Notes: generated by a model not told the origin, from the letters alone. Positions 1-13,808 are shown, counted from the stretch's first letter. The stretch is 64,000 nucleotides of DNA from Octopus vulgaris (GCA_951406725.2 OX597833.1:5642001-5706000); one strand, 5' to 3'. Numbers and translations: made by a program.

Positions 1-427
1 ATCAAGCATGGTTTTATTCCAAGAAGGTTTCAAAGTGACTTCAACATTGTCATTCAGAGTTGTTTATCCTGGACTAACAATCAAAATATCAGCCCTTAGT
101 TTGAAGGATATTCTGTTGTGTCTGGGGAGAGTCATTTTCTTTTTGTGCCCTATAATTTAACACACTCACCGGTAAAATTTCCACTTATTCTTTATTTTTA
201 TTTTCCTAAATTTTTCGTTGCGTCTTGCAAACTTTTCAATAGTCAAGACTATCTTGAAAGATATAATTTTACAAAACAGGATCAGGAAGTATCCGCAAAA
301 TGTCTGATGCATAAAATGGTTAAGGTTGCAGGTAAACTCACCCAAATGTAAAAACTATTAAGGCTTTTTGGAATTAACACTGAAGATGTCATCCACATCG
401 TATGTCGCTGCTCGAAAATATCACCTA
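1..427 (+). mobile_element. Decayed RLE-type (R2-group) non-LTR retrotransposon ORF fragment, interrupted by an insertion at 108-260
   Basis: Hand translation gives KHGFIPRRFQSDFNIVIQSCLSWTNNQNISP*FEGY (4-111), then QDQEVSAKCLMHK and RLFGINTEDVIHIVCRCSKISP (277-426). This matches the post-RT 'FEGY-AIQ(D/E)QE...CRLC...E...HI...C' CCHC knuckle region of RLE elements. Stops and frameshifts are present. Confidence 0.7.
108..260 (-). mobile_element. Half copy of fold-back family HH-6 (full copy at 59682-59955)
   Basis: Near-identical to the left arm at 59684-59830 and has the same hairpin centre GTCAAGAC. It splits the surrounding LINE reading frame. Confidence 0.85.
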
Positions 428-999
428 ATTAGCGTCGTATTATTACGTTCGCTATTTCCAGTAAATACTGGTACTTCGTTGTGCCATATATTTACTTCTT
501 TCTATATTTTTCCCTCACGGGCTATTCTTTACTGGAAAGCAATACTCTAGTATTGCATTACTAATTTATTGAAACTTCTTCACCGTTCTCGTGCTGTTAG
601 CGTTTCGGCGTTTCAGTCGAGTGTATTGGCATTAATGTGGTAACATCTGAAATGTTGTCGTGTTATATGTTTGGCTGATGAAGATAGATCAAGTTTATGG
701 GTGCAGACATATCTTGAAAAATCTGAAACCGGCGCCGGTCCCACATTATCCTTTTCTAGATATTTCATCTTTCAGATGTTCTCCCTGGAGGTAAGACAAT
801 TTTTTCTAGTTTGTTGCAATCACGCATTTTTGCTAATACATACGCGGTGAAGCTATACATTAGCGTCGTATTATTACGTTAGCTATTTCCAGTAAATATC
901 GGTACTTCGTTGTGCCATATATTTACTTCTTTGTATATTTTCCCTCACGGGCTATTCTTTACTGGAAAGCAATACTCTAGTATTGCATTACTAATTTAT
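428..999 (+). mobile_element. HH-1: hammerhead-bearing partial tandem (about 430-bp unit, 1.3 copies), Penelope pseudo-LTR/retrozyme-like
   Basis: Direct repeat 428-569 matches 859-999 with few differences. A hammerhead lies in the unique middle, and the 3' end runs into (TA)n. Confidence 0.75.
667..746 (+). ncRNA. Type I hammerhead ribozyme, canonical core
   Basis: Stem I TGG(672-674)/CCA(741-743) plus ATG/CAT; core CTGATGA 675-681; stem II AGAT/ATCT extended by TCAAG/CTTGA and TATG/CATA; GAAA 725-728; stem III palindrome ACCGGCGCCGGT 728-739; GUC cleavage triplet ending at 740. Confidence 0.9.
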
Positions 1000-1016
1000 A
1001 TATATATATATATATA

Positions 1017-1295
1017 TACAAAAAGGGTGAAATATAATTAATTTAATAAAATCAATAAATTTCACCTAGTAGTTTTATCGGTATGGAAAAGACCATATTT
1101 GGTAAGGATTATATTAATTATAATAAAGGGTTAATTGCAACAAGTTGCTCAAAACCACATACCACATACGGGTTGCAAATTCTGGTTGTTTGTGGAAACT
1201 TTTTTACTCGTAGGAGAAATGGTGACCTATTTGGCTGCCATTTCTAATATTTTCGGTATGTGGTTTTGAGCAACTTGTTGCAATTAACCCTTTAT
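1017..1295. mobile_element. Short fold-back element between TA arrays
   Basis: Perfect 41-bp inverted repeat at 1123-1163 and 1255-1295, flanked by (TA)n on both sides. Confidence 0.6.
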
Positions 1296-2072
1296 ATATA
1301 TATCACAGGCTTCCATGCAGTTTCCATTTGCCAATTTCACTCACAAGGCATTGATGGGTGCTAGGTTATAGTTGGCGACACTTGCCCGTGATGCCACGAA
1401 GTAGAACTGAACCCGGAACTACGTGTTATGTAGTTGCGAAATGAACTTCTTAACTACACAGCCGAATTATTCCCATAACCGAAATGCCTTAGAATCACGT
1501 GATCTTGGAAGAATAAAAAGGAAACATTCCTACTTTCCTTGAAGCCATCACGCCATTAATATACCAGAAAGGTGCGAGAATTTTCTTGCCAAGATGAAAA
1601 CATACATTAGCAAATAAATAAACAACCAATACAAAGATTTATATAATTTCTTCTGGTTTTCAACCATGTTATTTAATATATTCCCTTTCCTAAATACACA
1701 CACTTTGATCTATGTTTAGGGGCAAGGGAGTGGTGCTTGGCCCTTATTACTGTGTTTAAGGGCAAAAGAGTTGTGTCTGGCCCTTAAATCAACAGGCGCA
1801 GGCTGACAAGCAAAAGTTTTCTAATTCTTCTATCGATAGATAACAGACGTTACTGAAAAATGAGACTCCTCTCACCTTCTCTTCCTCACCCCCACGTTCT
1901 ATGTGCTTTCGTGTGTGTGAGCATGTGTGTGTGTGTGTGAGTATGCGCGTGTGTTTGTGTGTGTAGATACATACACACACATACACATGCATATATACAT
2001 ACTCATATATATACACATGCTTATATAAATATGTGTACACACAGATCTATACATACATGTACGAATATACCT

Positions 2073-2117
<45 letters not shown>

Positions 2118-2217
2118 GTATGTGTGTGTGTGTGTGTGTGTGTGTGCGTGCGTGTATGTGTACGTGTGTGTACATATATATATGCATAAATGTATATTTG
2201 CATGTGCATATGTATAC

Positions 2218-2295
<78 letters not shown>

Positions 2296-2853
2296 ACATA
2301 TACATACATTCAAAACCTATTTGAAGAGTGTAAAGAATATCCACTTCTCTCGGTCCATCTCTGTCCACATCCGGTATAACGGTACGACTTCCGGTGTGAT
2401 GGTACCACCCTGTTATTGTTAACAAAAAAAGTATTTCTATTCATTTCTGAAATGAAACCAACGATTTGAGTCGCGGACCTGTTTGCATTTCACACACACA
2501 CACACACTCTCACATGGCCACAGATATGCTAAACACACACACTATATGTATATACACACATGCACTCGTATATGTGTTTGTAAACGCAAACACAAACACG
2601 CATGTATATATAAATATGTACGTAGAAGTATATACACCCACACGCACAGACATATATCAATGTTTTTTTTTTTTTGTGTTATACTAAAAACAATCTTACA
2701 TTAAACTGAAGGATTACTCAATCCATTTGGTAGAGTACAGATTTAGTGTTCTTTAACACGAATAGTATTGACAGTGACCTCGAAGTCTCTGCCTGCAAAT
2801 ACCCATAACCGGACGGTTCGATGATGGTTTAATAGGCCAAAACTTTGAAGTAA

Positions 2854-3255
2854 TCTCTCTCTATATATATAAAGCTGAAGTTGTCTTCAGTGTATGGCAG
2901 GTTTGGTAGCCTTCAACTAACACTATCTCCTCCGAGACCCTGCGGCGCAAGTTGACCAAAATTGAGAGTATGATAGAAGAAGGCTTGCTCTTCCTTCCGT
3001 AGAAGATAAAATTCAAATCGGACCATGTTAACACCAAAAATTATTTACATCAAAAAGGTGCTTTTTTTTCTATGAAAATCCCTATTTTTTTTACGATGTT
3101 TTTACTGCTGTGTCGCCATTTTTCGGTGTATTTCAACCAGAAAAATGTTCACTTAAAGAGAATAACATGCTACATAATGCAAAATTTTTACTTTTCAAAA
3201 TTTCCAATTCTAAAGGGTCGAAACAAACCCAAGCAACGTCGGGCGATACTGCTAG
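2854..3255 (+). mobile_element. Non-autonomous Helitron
   Basis: 5' A|TC(TC)nTATATATAAAG; 3' hairpin CCCAAGCAACGTCGGG followed by CGATACTGCTAG|T; no TSD; same 3' end as 6159-6529. Confidence 0.75.
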
Positions 3256-3299
3256 TAATAAATAATATTCTTAAAGGATAATCCAAAAATAAATAAATG

Positions 3300-3440
3300 A
3301 AAAATACAAAAGTGAAGTAAAAGAACAAAAAAAAAAAAAAGAAAAGGAAGGAAAAATGAGGTTGTATTAGGTTTTCGCTCAGGAAAATTGGAGGAATTCT
3401 TTAAAGTTTCGATCCTACGTTCTTCTACAGACAGGATAGA
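3300..3440 (-). mobile_element. Old, degenerate copy of HH-4 family
   Basis: Minus strand reads CTGTAGAAGAACGTAGGATCGAAAC...TTTCCTGAGCG, homologous to 45888-45940. Confidence 0.55.
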
Positions 3441-3808
3441 AAACAGATGAAGGGAAAGTAAGAAACGTATGTTAATTAAAAGGTGAGGGCAAGCTGGGAT
3501 GGCTGGAAGACGAAGTTGGGGCTTGAAGCGTGGGTAGCAAGGACGGACTTGTATATGAAGGTAATGTGTACATGTGTATATGAGGGTATGGATGCGTACA
3601 TATGTATGCGTGTGTGCATGCATGTGTGTGTGTGCGTGTGTGTGTGATCGAGCACTTGTGTGTGTATGAAGATAATGTGTACATGTGTAGTCTATGTTTA
3701 TGCGTGTATGTACGCGTATGCGGACGTGTGTATGTGTTCATGAGGCTATCTAACGTATGTGTGTGTGTGTGTGTGTGTATATATATGTATATATATAAAT
3801 ATATATAT

Positions 3809-4149
<341 letters not shown>

Positions 4150-4619
4150 GTATGTATGTATGTATGTATGTACACACACACACACACACATACACACACA
4201 CACATCATGCACACGCATGCGCACACACACATAGCCATGCGTAGTGCGCAAAGTAACGAGGCACGCAGTAACAAATCATTACGATTAATTATTTCACTCC
4301 AATTTCTAATTATTTTGGCTCAAACAAACATTCCTTTGTAGTTTCCACATAAGAAACGGACGAAAAATTTTTCTGCCTTAAACTGAAAATTATAAAGAAG
4401 AGAGAGAGAAAAAAAAGGGAAACACGAAATGTTTTTTTCTTCCAAATAAATTCGGATGCTTTATGACCGGAGCCGTCCCTTTTGATGTTGGAAGAATGTT
4501 TATCTTGCTGGCGGTTAAAAAAACTATAAATTGTTTATACCAGATAAATATTTATCTTTCTATGAACGTAATAAGCTAAGCAGTTTCTAATGCGCTGGTC
4601 CTACGTAGCAGAAATATAC

Positions 4620-5043
4620 TTTTCTACTCGAGGCACAAGGGCTGAAATTTTGGAGGAGGGGCCAGTCGATTAGATCGACCCTAGTATGCAGCTGGTACTT
4701 AATTTATTGACCCCCGAAAAGATGAAAGTCAAAGCCGACCTCGGCGGAATTTGAACTAAGAACGTAACGGCAGACGAAATACGGCTACGCATTTTGCCCG
4801 GCGTGCTAACGATTCTTATCTTTACTACCCACAAGGGGCTAAACACAGAGAGGACAAACAAGGACAGACAAAGGGATTAAGTCGATTACATCGACCCCAG
4901 TGCGTAACTGGTACTTATTTAATCGACCCCGAAAGGATAAAAGGCAAAGTCGACCGCGGCGGAATTTGAACTAAGAACATAACGGCAGACGAAATACGGC
5001 TACGCATTTTGCCCGGCATGCTAACGATTCTGCCAGCTCGCCG
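4620..5043 (-). mobile_element. SINE A dimer; second unit carries the alternative tail
   Basis: Full copy at 4816-5043 followed by a second near-full unit ending ...CCAAAATTTCAGCCCTTGTGCCTCGAGTAGAAA. Confidence 0.85.
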
Positions 5044-5918
5044 TCGTACGTAGCAGATCTTTTTGTGATCAATTGTAATTTTAGCGAATGACTGCCGGGG
5101 TCATTCTCTTCAATCAAATCTGAATGATTATATCTATCTTTTATCTTCTTCTTGTTTTAGTCATTAGACTTCGGCCGTGTTGGAGCACCGCCTGGAAAAA
5201 TTTTAGTCGAAAGAATCAATCCCGGTACTTATGCGATTTTTTTAAAGCTTGGTACTTATTCTATCAGTCTGTTTTGCCGAACTGCTAATCTACAAGGACG
5301 TAAACACACTAACACCGGTTGCCCAGCGGTGGCTGAGGAAAAACATACACACACACACGAATATTTGCAACGGGCTTCTTATATAGAAGAACAAACTTGA
5401 GAGCGTTTGTATTTTGAAAGGTTCGGCCGTTTCCGTGAATCTCTGATTTTAGCCTCCAATCATTCGTTTACACAAAAACCAACCTTTCTTGCAAGGAAGA
5501 CGCAGAAGGATTGAAAAGAGGTGGAGCAGACGCCATTTTAAATAAGATTAAGATATATATATTTCTACAGCCATGTTTCATAAAAAATCAGGAGTTTGTA
5601 GAAAGAGGAATAACATGAACGCAGACTTCACTTTCTTTTTATATTCATATAGAAGGGGCCGAAAATTTCACTACAGAATTTAAGGTGGTGCTGGCATTTG
5701 TCAGTTTGATAACTGCTTGTGTATTAACTCGTGAATTATTACTCCCTTTGTCATCCGTTGTTGATTGTATCTGGCGTGTGTTTATTTTTATGAATGTCTG
5801 ACAACCAGAAAAAAACGTATTCACGAATTTCCTTTCCGGAAAAGGTACCGGTTCTATGTATGTATGTCGTTTTATGTATATATGCACATATACATGGATA
5901 TGAATATGTATGTAGGTA

Positions 5919-6012
<94 letters not shown>

Positions 6013-6065
6013 TATATACATATATATATATACATATATATATACATACATGCATACATACATAC

Positions 6066-6106
<41 letters not shown>

Positions 6107-6158
6107 CATATATATATAAACATATATATATGGACACACACACGCACATATATATATA

Positions 6159-6529
6159 TCTCTCTCTATATAAACGGCAGTTTGTCTGTGCGTGTTTCTG
6201 TGTGTCTGTTTGCTTGTACCCTCACCCTGACCACGGCTTTCAACCGATTCTGATGAAACTTGACACACACATAGCCCAATGTCATAATTCAAAACTAACG
6301 CAGCGAAAATTTTGAAAAGTTCCCTCAGTTCTGAAAAATATCGCTAAATTCGACATGGGGTCGAGAATCAGAAACACAAACCACAGACTGTCATGGGGAC
6401 GCAACTCGACCTTTTTAACTAAAAAAAAATTTACCATCATTTTGTTTCCATTTTTTGGCTATAACTCTCTAAAAATGCTTTATAGTTATTTCCCTTACAA
6501 ACCCGAGCAACGCCGGGCGATACTGCTAG
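6159..6529 (+). mobile_element. Non-autonomous Helitron, second subfamily
   Basis: 5' A|TCTCTCTCTATATAAACGGCAG with a (CTGT)-like tract; 3' CCCGAGCAACGCCGGG hairpin plus CTAG|T. Confidence 0.8.
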
Positions 6530-7310
6530 TATATATATATATTGAATACCTATATACATAAGAAATTTTTAGAAAATGATGTATAAGTGTTGCTAAAAGA
6601 AAGAAAATATGTATGTATACGTGTATGTATATATATATATATATATATACATACACACACATATATATATATATATACTTGTATATTGTATATATGTGAG
6701 TGTGCATGTGTGTATTTATATACATATATACACATATATATGTATATATATATGTGTATATATATACATATGTATATATATATATATGTATATTTATACA
6801 CATGCACACTCACATATAAATATATATATATATATATATACATGCTCCTGTACATATGTTTAAGTGCGTGTCTGTCTGTCTGTGTGTTTTGACATAAGAA
6901 TGTATAACTCTTGAATAAAAATATCCCAAGTCTGCATCAGTAAATGTTACGACTGTCATAACGCAAGGTCCATCAATCACTTCCATGTCTGAGTCTCTTT
7001 AGCAACAACAACAACATCATCATCACCACCACCATCATCATCATCATCATCATCATCATCACCATCATCATAATCATTCCCAGCAACATGGAAAACACTG
7101 ACAGCTGTAATAGTAAAGTGATTGACTGCTTCAACCGTTTACGACCAAGCTCACCTCCACGTCTGTGTTTTTTTGAGACATGTCGCATTCGGCCTTAGAA
7201 ACCAGGGCATATTATTACAATGTTTAAGACATACATGTTTTAGGACACTTCTAGCAGTGCTTTCACCAACAGGGCATAAATAATAGGGCTTTAGGCATAT
7301 CTTCCTCCTG

Positions 7311-7477
7311 CGAAGGGTTACTGAAAAGTTCCTGGATAAAGGGATTGGCGAAAGGCCTCGCTGGAAGCTCAACATTCCGAGTTCTTTTACAGGGATTAGA
7401 AAAACTAAAGGACTGCAATTAGTGTGTGAGACTGTATTTTCTTTTATCCAAAGCCAGGAACTTTTCAGCAACCCTCG
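7311..7477 (+). mobile_element. Mariner-derived MITE
   Basis: TIRs CGAAGGGTTACTGAAAAGTTCCTGG / CCAGGAACTTTTCAGCAACCCTCG followed by TA; related to 31183-31398. Confidence 0.75.
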
Positions 7478-7546
<69 letters not shown>

Positions 7547-7549
<3 letters not shown>

Positions 7550-7744
7550 TAATCCAAATATGAAAACACAAAGAGAAAACACAACAACGCGAGGACGTGG
7601 AACAAATATAGTATTATTGGACGCTCAGGAAAGAAGGAGGGTTTAACGTTTCGAGTGGAGCTCTTCGTCGGAAACATAGGAGAAGGAAAGATCCAGAGAA
7701 AGGAAGACAGAGGAAAAAAATCGCCAACGGTACACACGAGGTCA
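7547..7744 (-). mobile_element. HH-3 element with minimal hammerhead-like motif at 7641-7675
   Basis: Reverse complement of 24221-24400 / 24449-24620, between (TA)n tracts. Motif GTTT-CCGACGA-A-GAGC TCC ACTC-GAAAC-GTT-AAAC. Confidence 0.75.
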
Positions 7745-7761
7745 TATATATATATAAACAT

Positions 7762-8055
7762 GGAGGCGCAATGGCCCAGTGGTTAGGGCAGCGGACTCGC
7801 GGTTTCGATTCCCAGGCCGGGCGTTGTGAGTGTTTATTGAGCGAAAACACCTGAAAGCTCCACGAGGCTCCGGCAGGGGATGGTGGTGATCCCTGCTGTA
7901 CTCTTTCACCACTCTTTCTCCCACTCTTTCTTCTGTTGGCCTGCTCGCTTAGCCAGCGGGGTGGCGTCATTTGAAGGCTAAAACAATGCGAACGCATTGT
8001 GACCAGTGATGTGTAACAAGATCTGATGGTCTGGTCGGTCACGGTCACGTGACGT
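7762..8055 (+). mobile_element. tRNA(Arg)-like SINE family C, alternative tail
   Basis: Head GGAGGCGCAATGGCCCAGTGGTTAGG...GGTTTCGATTCC is shared with 39826-40207 and 43559-43941; the 3' half differs. Confidence 0.85.
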
Positions 8056-8159
8056 GATATATATAAATACACATACGCACACACACACACGCATACACAC
8101 ACACATACACACTCATATTCGGTTAAAATGGCTTATTGATGTGTTTCGTTTCTCTTTTT

Positions 8160-8243
8160 TCTCTGACGAGAGGATTACATTGTTTTACATCATTTTATTC
8201 CCTCGGTAATAATACCAGTGTTTTCTTCGAAACATGTGTCGGA
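8160..8243 (+). ncRNA. Type I hammerhead ribozyme (HH-2), canonical core, weak stem I
   Basis: CTGACGA 8163-8169; stem II GAGGA-TT-ACATTG / CAGTGT-TT-TCTTC; GAAA 8229-8232; stem III AC-ATGT-GT containing palindrome ACATGT; GUC at 8238-8240; stem I TCT/GGA. Confidence 0.7.
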
Positions 8244-8276
8244 CGTATAAATATTTGAATAACTCCTTTTCTTAAC

Positions 8277-8323
<47 letters not shown>

Positions 8324-8754
8324 CCTATCTATCTACATACACACACGCGCGCACACACACAAACACATAAACATACATACATACACAAATATAAATGCAT
8401 ACATACATAGACACATACATACGTACATATACACACACACATAAATATACATGCATCCAAACATACGTACATATGTACGTACTTCTTGTCTCGGTCATCA
8501 GGTACTTCTTTTTTCCAGGCCTGATACTTAGTATATTTTCCTCTTTTGCCGAACCGCTAAGTTACAGAGACTTAAACATACCAACACTGGTGGTGGTGCT
8601 ACTATCGTTAATGGTTGTGGTTGTAGTACTGCTGCAGTCAACGTAATTGATGGAAATGGTGGTCCCAGTGCCGTCGATGGTGGTGGTCGTGGCACAGCAG
8701 TTACTTTGCCACTGTTGTTCTTGTTGTTTGCTCCACCTTCGGCTTTTGCTGCCG

Positions 8755-8806
<52 letters not shown>

Positions 8807-9361
8807 AGTGACGAAAACTGTAAGAGACAACCACAATATTTTCAATAAATGTAAGAATGTTATGTGGATACATTTATAGAGGGAGGGGGAGGGAGAGGGG
8901 TGGGGTGGAGGGAGAGATACACAAACACACAGATGTGTACACACACACACACATGTATGTATATGTAAACATATACATACACATATACACACATGTATAT
9001 ATATATATGTGTGTGAGCATCCATAGGTATTTTTATTTACACGTAAGTATATACACACATGCATACATATACAAATACACACACACGCGCATACACACAC
9101 ACATGTGTGTATATATGTATACACATACACACAAACGTATTTATGTTATGCGGAGGAGACAGACAATAGACATAAAAACCGGGGACTAGAGAGAAACACG
9201 CGTTAGTTAGGGGCATAAAAATCATCTCCCTCTCTCTCTTACTCTCCCTCTTTCTCTCTTTTCGCACACACACACACACGCGTGCGTGTGTGTGTGTGTG
9301 TGAATGTGTATGTGTGTACGCTTGCGTATGCTTGTGTGTGTGTGTGCGTGTGTGTGTGTGA

Positions 9362-9395
<34 letters not shown>

Positions 9396-10088
9396 GAGTG
9401 TGTGTTTGTGTGTGTTTGTGTGTGTGTGTGTGTGTGTGTTTGTGAGTGTTTGTGTGTGAGTGTGTGAGTGTGTGTGTGAGTGTGTGTGAGTGTGTGTGTC
9501 TGTGAGTGTGTTTGTGTGTGTTGTGTGTGTTTGTGTGTCTGTGCGTGAGTGTGTGTTTGTGAGTGTGAGTGTGTGTGTGTGTGTTTGTGTGTGTGTGAAC
9601 GCGCGTGTGTTTGTGTGTGTTGTGCGTGTGTGTGTGTGAACGCGCGTGTGTTTGTGTGTGTTGTGCGTGTTTGCGTGAGTGTGTGTTTGTGAGTGTGAGT
9701 GTGTGAGTGTGTGTGTGTGTGTATGTGTGTATGTGTGTGTGTGCCTAGGTATTTGTTGAAACAGACCGAGACTGCCATTAGATATTTCGTCTGTTGATAA
9801 AATACCGACATCACGACTACCACCACCGCCGCCGCCACCACCACCCTGCCACCACCACCGCCGCCGCCGCCGCCGCCACCACCACCAGGAGCCGAAATCC
9901 GACACTTTATTACACAGAGTCTCTCATGAGAAAGCTGGGAGTTTTCCTTTCATGTAATCTATTTGTTCAGCTATCATCTTACATTTATTAGGACTTTCCA
10001 ACGTTTTGTCTCTTACAATAACAACTTGCCTTTTTACGTCTTTCTTTTACGGTCACATAAACACAATTTCTTCATAGCAGAGCAGTGT

Positions 10089-10126
<38 letters not shown>

Positions 10127-10296
10127 AGATTCCTTGTGATGAGTTTGGGTGGAGACGGTAGGATCATCCTTTGCGATAAGTCATAATTCTGAAGTCTTAA
10201 GACAATGATGCAACGAAGAGGTTTTTATTTTTATTCCCCAAAATGTGAGGCCTTGTGCCTTTAGTAGAAAGGATTAATTATTATTATTATTATTAT

Positions 10297-10643
10297 TCAG
10301 TAGTTTTATTTTTATAGCGTGCTTTCACTTCACTACCGAGCGCAGCTCTGTGTGCCTTGGGTATGTGCTGTGATTTGTTGTGATGCTCTGATGGTTATTG
10401 TATGGGAAGTGTTCTGCGTAGGATGTGTGCAGTGCCTAGTAGTGCAATTTTCTGTATGTTATATGTGTTTGTAAGTCCTGGTGTTTTTGTTATGTATTTG
10501 TCTGAATATTTTTTTATCATGCCTAATGCACCTACTATGATAGGAATTGTTTCTGTTTTCAGATTCCACATTCTAGTTACCTCTATTTCCAGGTCTTTGT
10601 ATTTTGAGAGTTTCTCCATTTCTTTTAGAGACACGTTGTCATC
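10297..10643 (-). mobile_element. 5'-truncated R4/Dong-like non-LTR retrotransposon (endonuclease C-terminus plus 3' UTR) in a (TAA)n array
   Basis: Open frame DDNVSLKEMEKLSKYKDLEIEVTRMWNLKTETIPIIVGALG...IQKIALLGTAHILRRTL is a typical RLE domain end. Both ends abut TAA repeats, the known target of Dong-type elements. Confidence 0.9.
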
Positions 10644-10684
10644 TATTATTATTATTATTATTATCATTATTATTATTGTTATTA

Positions 10685-11206
<522 letters not shown>

Positions 11207-11226
11207 ATATTACTATTATTATTACT

Positions 11227-11430
11227 GAGGCAGTGAGTTGGCAGAATCGTTAGCACGCCGAGCAAAATGCTTCGCAGTATTTTGCCCGTCTTTACGTTCT
11301 GAGTTCAAATTTCGCCGACGTCGACTTTACTTTTCATCCTTTCGGGGGTCGATAAATTAAGTACCAGTTGTGTATTGGTGTCGATTACATCGACAAAGTT
11401 TCAGGCCTCGTGCCTATTGCAGAAAGAATT
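11227..11430 (+). mobile_element. SINE A, alternative tail
   Basis: Same head and body as other A copies; ends TTTCAGGCCTCGTGCCTATTGCAGAAAGAATT. Confidence 0.8.
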
Positions 11431-11439
11431 CATATTAGA

Positions 11440-12030
11440 ACTAATGTTTGTCGGGAGTGTTGCTTTTCAGTGAGTAATGATTTATGGTGGGAAACGATTT
11501 AGTATGAGTTATGATATATTAGGATCAATTCTCTGTTGGGAGTAATGATTTACTGTGATTAATGATTATCGTGAATAATGGTGCATTGCTTTACTGTTTA
11601 TCGGGGTTAATGATTTAAGAGTAATGATTTATTAGAAATAATGGTCTATTGAAAGTAATGATTAACTAGGAGTTACGGTTTATTGGGAATAATGCTTTAT
11701 TATGAATAATGCTTTGTTGAATGTAATAATTTTTTTGACAAAAATGTTTTATTGTAATTAATAGTCTATTAGAGAGTAACGATTTATTCGGAGTGATGAT
11801 TTAATGGGTGTAAATTTTTTATTAGAAATAATAGGTTATTATGATTAATGATTTATAAAGTGTAAATAAATATATATGTTAGAAGTTACGATTAATTAGA
11901 AGTAACGAATTCCTGTGAATTCTTTATTATGATTAATCATTTGTCTTGATAATGATTTGTGACAAGTAGTGATTTATGAAAACTTTAATTTATTTGCAAT
12001 AATCGTTTAGTTGCGATTAATGAAATTAAT
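11440..12030. repeat. Degenerate minisatellite of about 17 bp (consensus approx. AGTAATGATTTATTGGG)
   Basis: TAATGATTTA-like words recur at about 17-bp spacing over roughly 590 bp. Confidence 0.75.
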
Positions 12031-13772
12031 ACTCCTTTTTGAAGTGGATTGATTGGTTTAAGTTAGTTGCTATTAAAATTCGAAACTGGATAAATCTGTC
12101 GGCGGCCTTGTAAGGAGTTTTTCTTTCCTTACAGGACACAGACAATTAATGGGGGTACCGAACACTGAGTCATATTAGCTGTAAAAATAAAATAGAAATT
12201 AAGATTTTGTCTATTACCATTGCTTGATATCGCTCCGTGTTCCTTTGGTTAAGTTCCTCTCCCCAAACTGCGATATATTAAACTAAAACGTAATCAGTTT
12301 TTCTTAATTTTTCATAATTAGTTTTCTGTCTGTCTCGTCCTGTGATTCATAATTTACACAGTCAGAACCTGTAATACTTTTAACTCCATCTGAACTAAGC
12401 AACTTCCAGATGTAACTCACTAGGGTGTCTCTAATATATAATGGAAATGTGTGGACTAAAGCGTTTTTGACTCAATAATTGAAACCCAGGATTTTGACAT
12501 TTTAACATTTAAGCAACAAAACTGATAGAAAAAAATACAATAACGAAAAGACAAATTCTGTGACCTTAAACCGAAATAGAAAATCTTAGATTCTACCACT
12601 GAAAAAGAAAGAAAAATAAAATTTAGGTCTATTTTTACTCATTTATAAGTGTCTTCGTATGAAGCCAAGATGGTGTTGCTTTCTGTAACCTACCCACAAG
12701 AAGCACCAAGAGAAGGCGTTCTATGGCACCAATGTGCTGCAACCCACCCGAAGAACGAGAATGAAAAGCCGAGATATTTTACCAAATAACTGTAACTCAC
12801 CCCAAGAGCCAGAAGAAGAAATATTTTACCAAACATTGCAGACCACCCCAAGAACCACCCGGAGAAGAAGAAATATATTAGCAAACAACAGTTCCATTGA
12901 AGTGCAGTGAGCTAGAAGAAAAGTCCTTTTATTTTCAAAAGCGAAACTTACAAAATTGAAATAATAATTAAAAGAAAACAACACCAGAAACAATCCACCC
13001 CAGTCTTCTTCTCCACCCCGATAACCGAATGCCTTTCTTAAGAAGAATCACGTCATCTTTAAAGTGGACGGGTGGTGGCAAGTGAAACAGTCTGTTGCTC
13101 TGAAAATGTCAAGGCTACGATATCTGGTGTGATAAACTGTTAATTACTAAATCACTTTATCTCAGCAGCTACGCGGCAAACTGGCGACTGAAACTCATCA
13201 AACGCTAAGCTCAACTAAACTGTCAGTGCTGGGCCATCTTCATCCTAGCTTAGTCACAAAAAACATACCCACCCAACCCAGTAACCAACAGATTTGCTTT
13301 ATTTTTTTTGTTTTTACTTGCCGGGTCCGTAAAAAAGGCACTGACCACGGCCTTCATGGGTTTTCCTTGGCCAGTGTGATGTTAACAATGTTCCCTTTAA
13401 GGCAAGCGAGCAGGCAAAATCGTTAGCACGATAGGCGAAATGCGTGGCCGTATTTCGTCTGCCGTTACGTTCTGAGTTCAAATTCCGCTGAGGTCGACTT
13501 TGCCTTTCATCCTTATGAATTATGATTGATGTCCGTAAATTAAGTTTTTATCTGAGTGTCACACACCGATTGGTGTGGATGATAATATTGCGGTGAAATC
13601 CCAAAGAATATAAATCTATGTTTTTTATTTACGGGCAAACTAACAGATCATAAGATTTGGTTTTTCATTCAACTTGATCTTTCCGCAAATCATAGACTAA
13701 CTGAAAAGGGTATTGTGTATGAAGAGATTGGCTCTTGCGGTACAAGTATCTGTCGAAGAATTTGAAGAAAGA

Positions 13773-13808
<36 letters not shown>

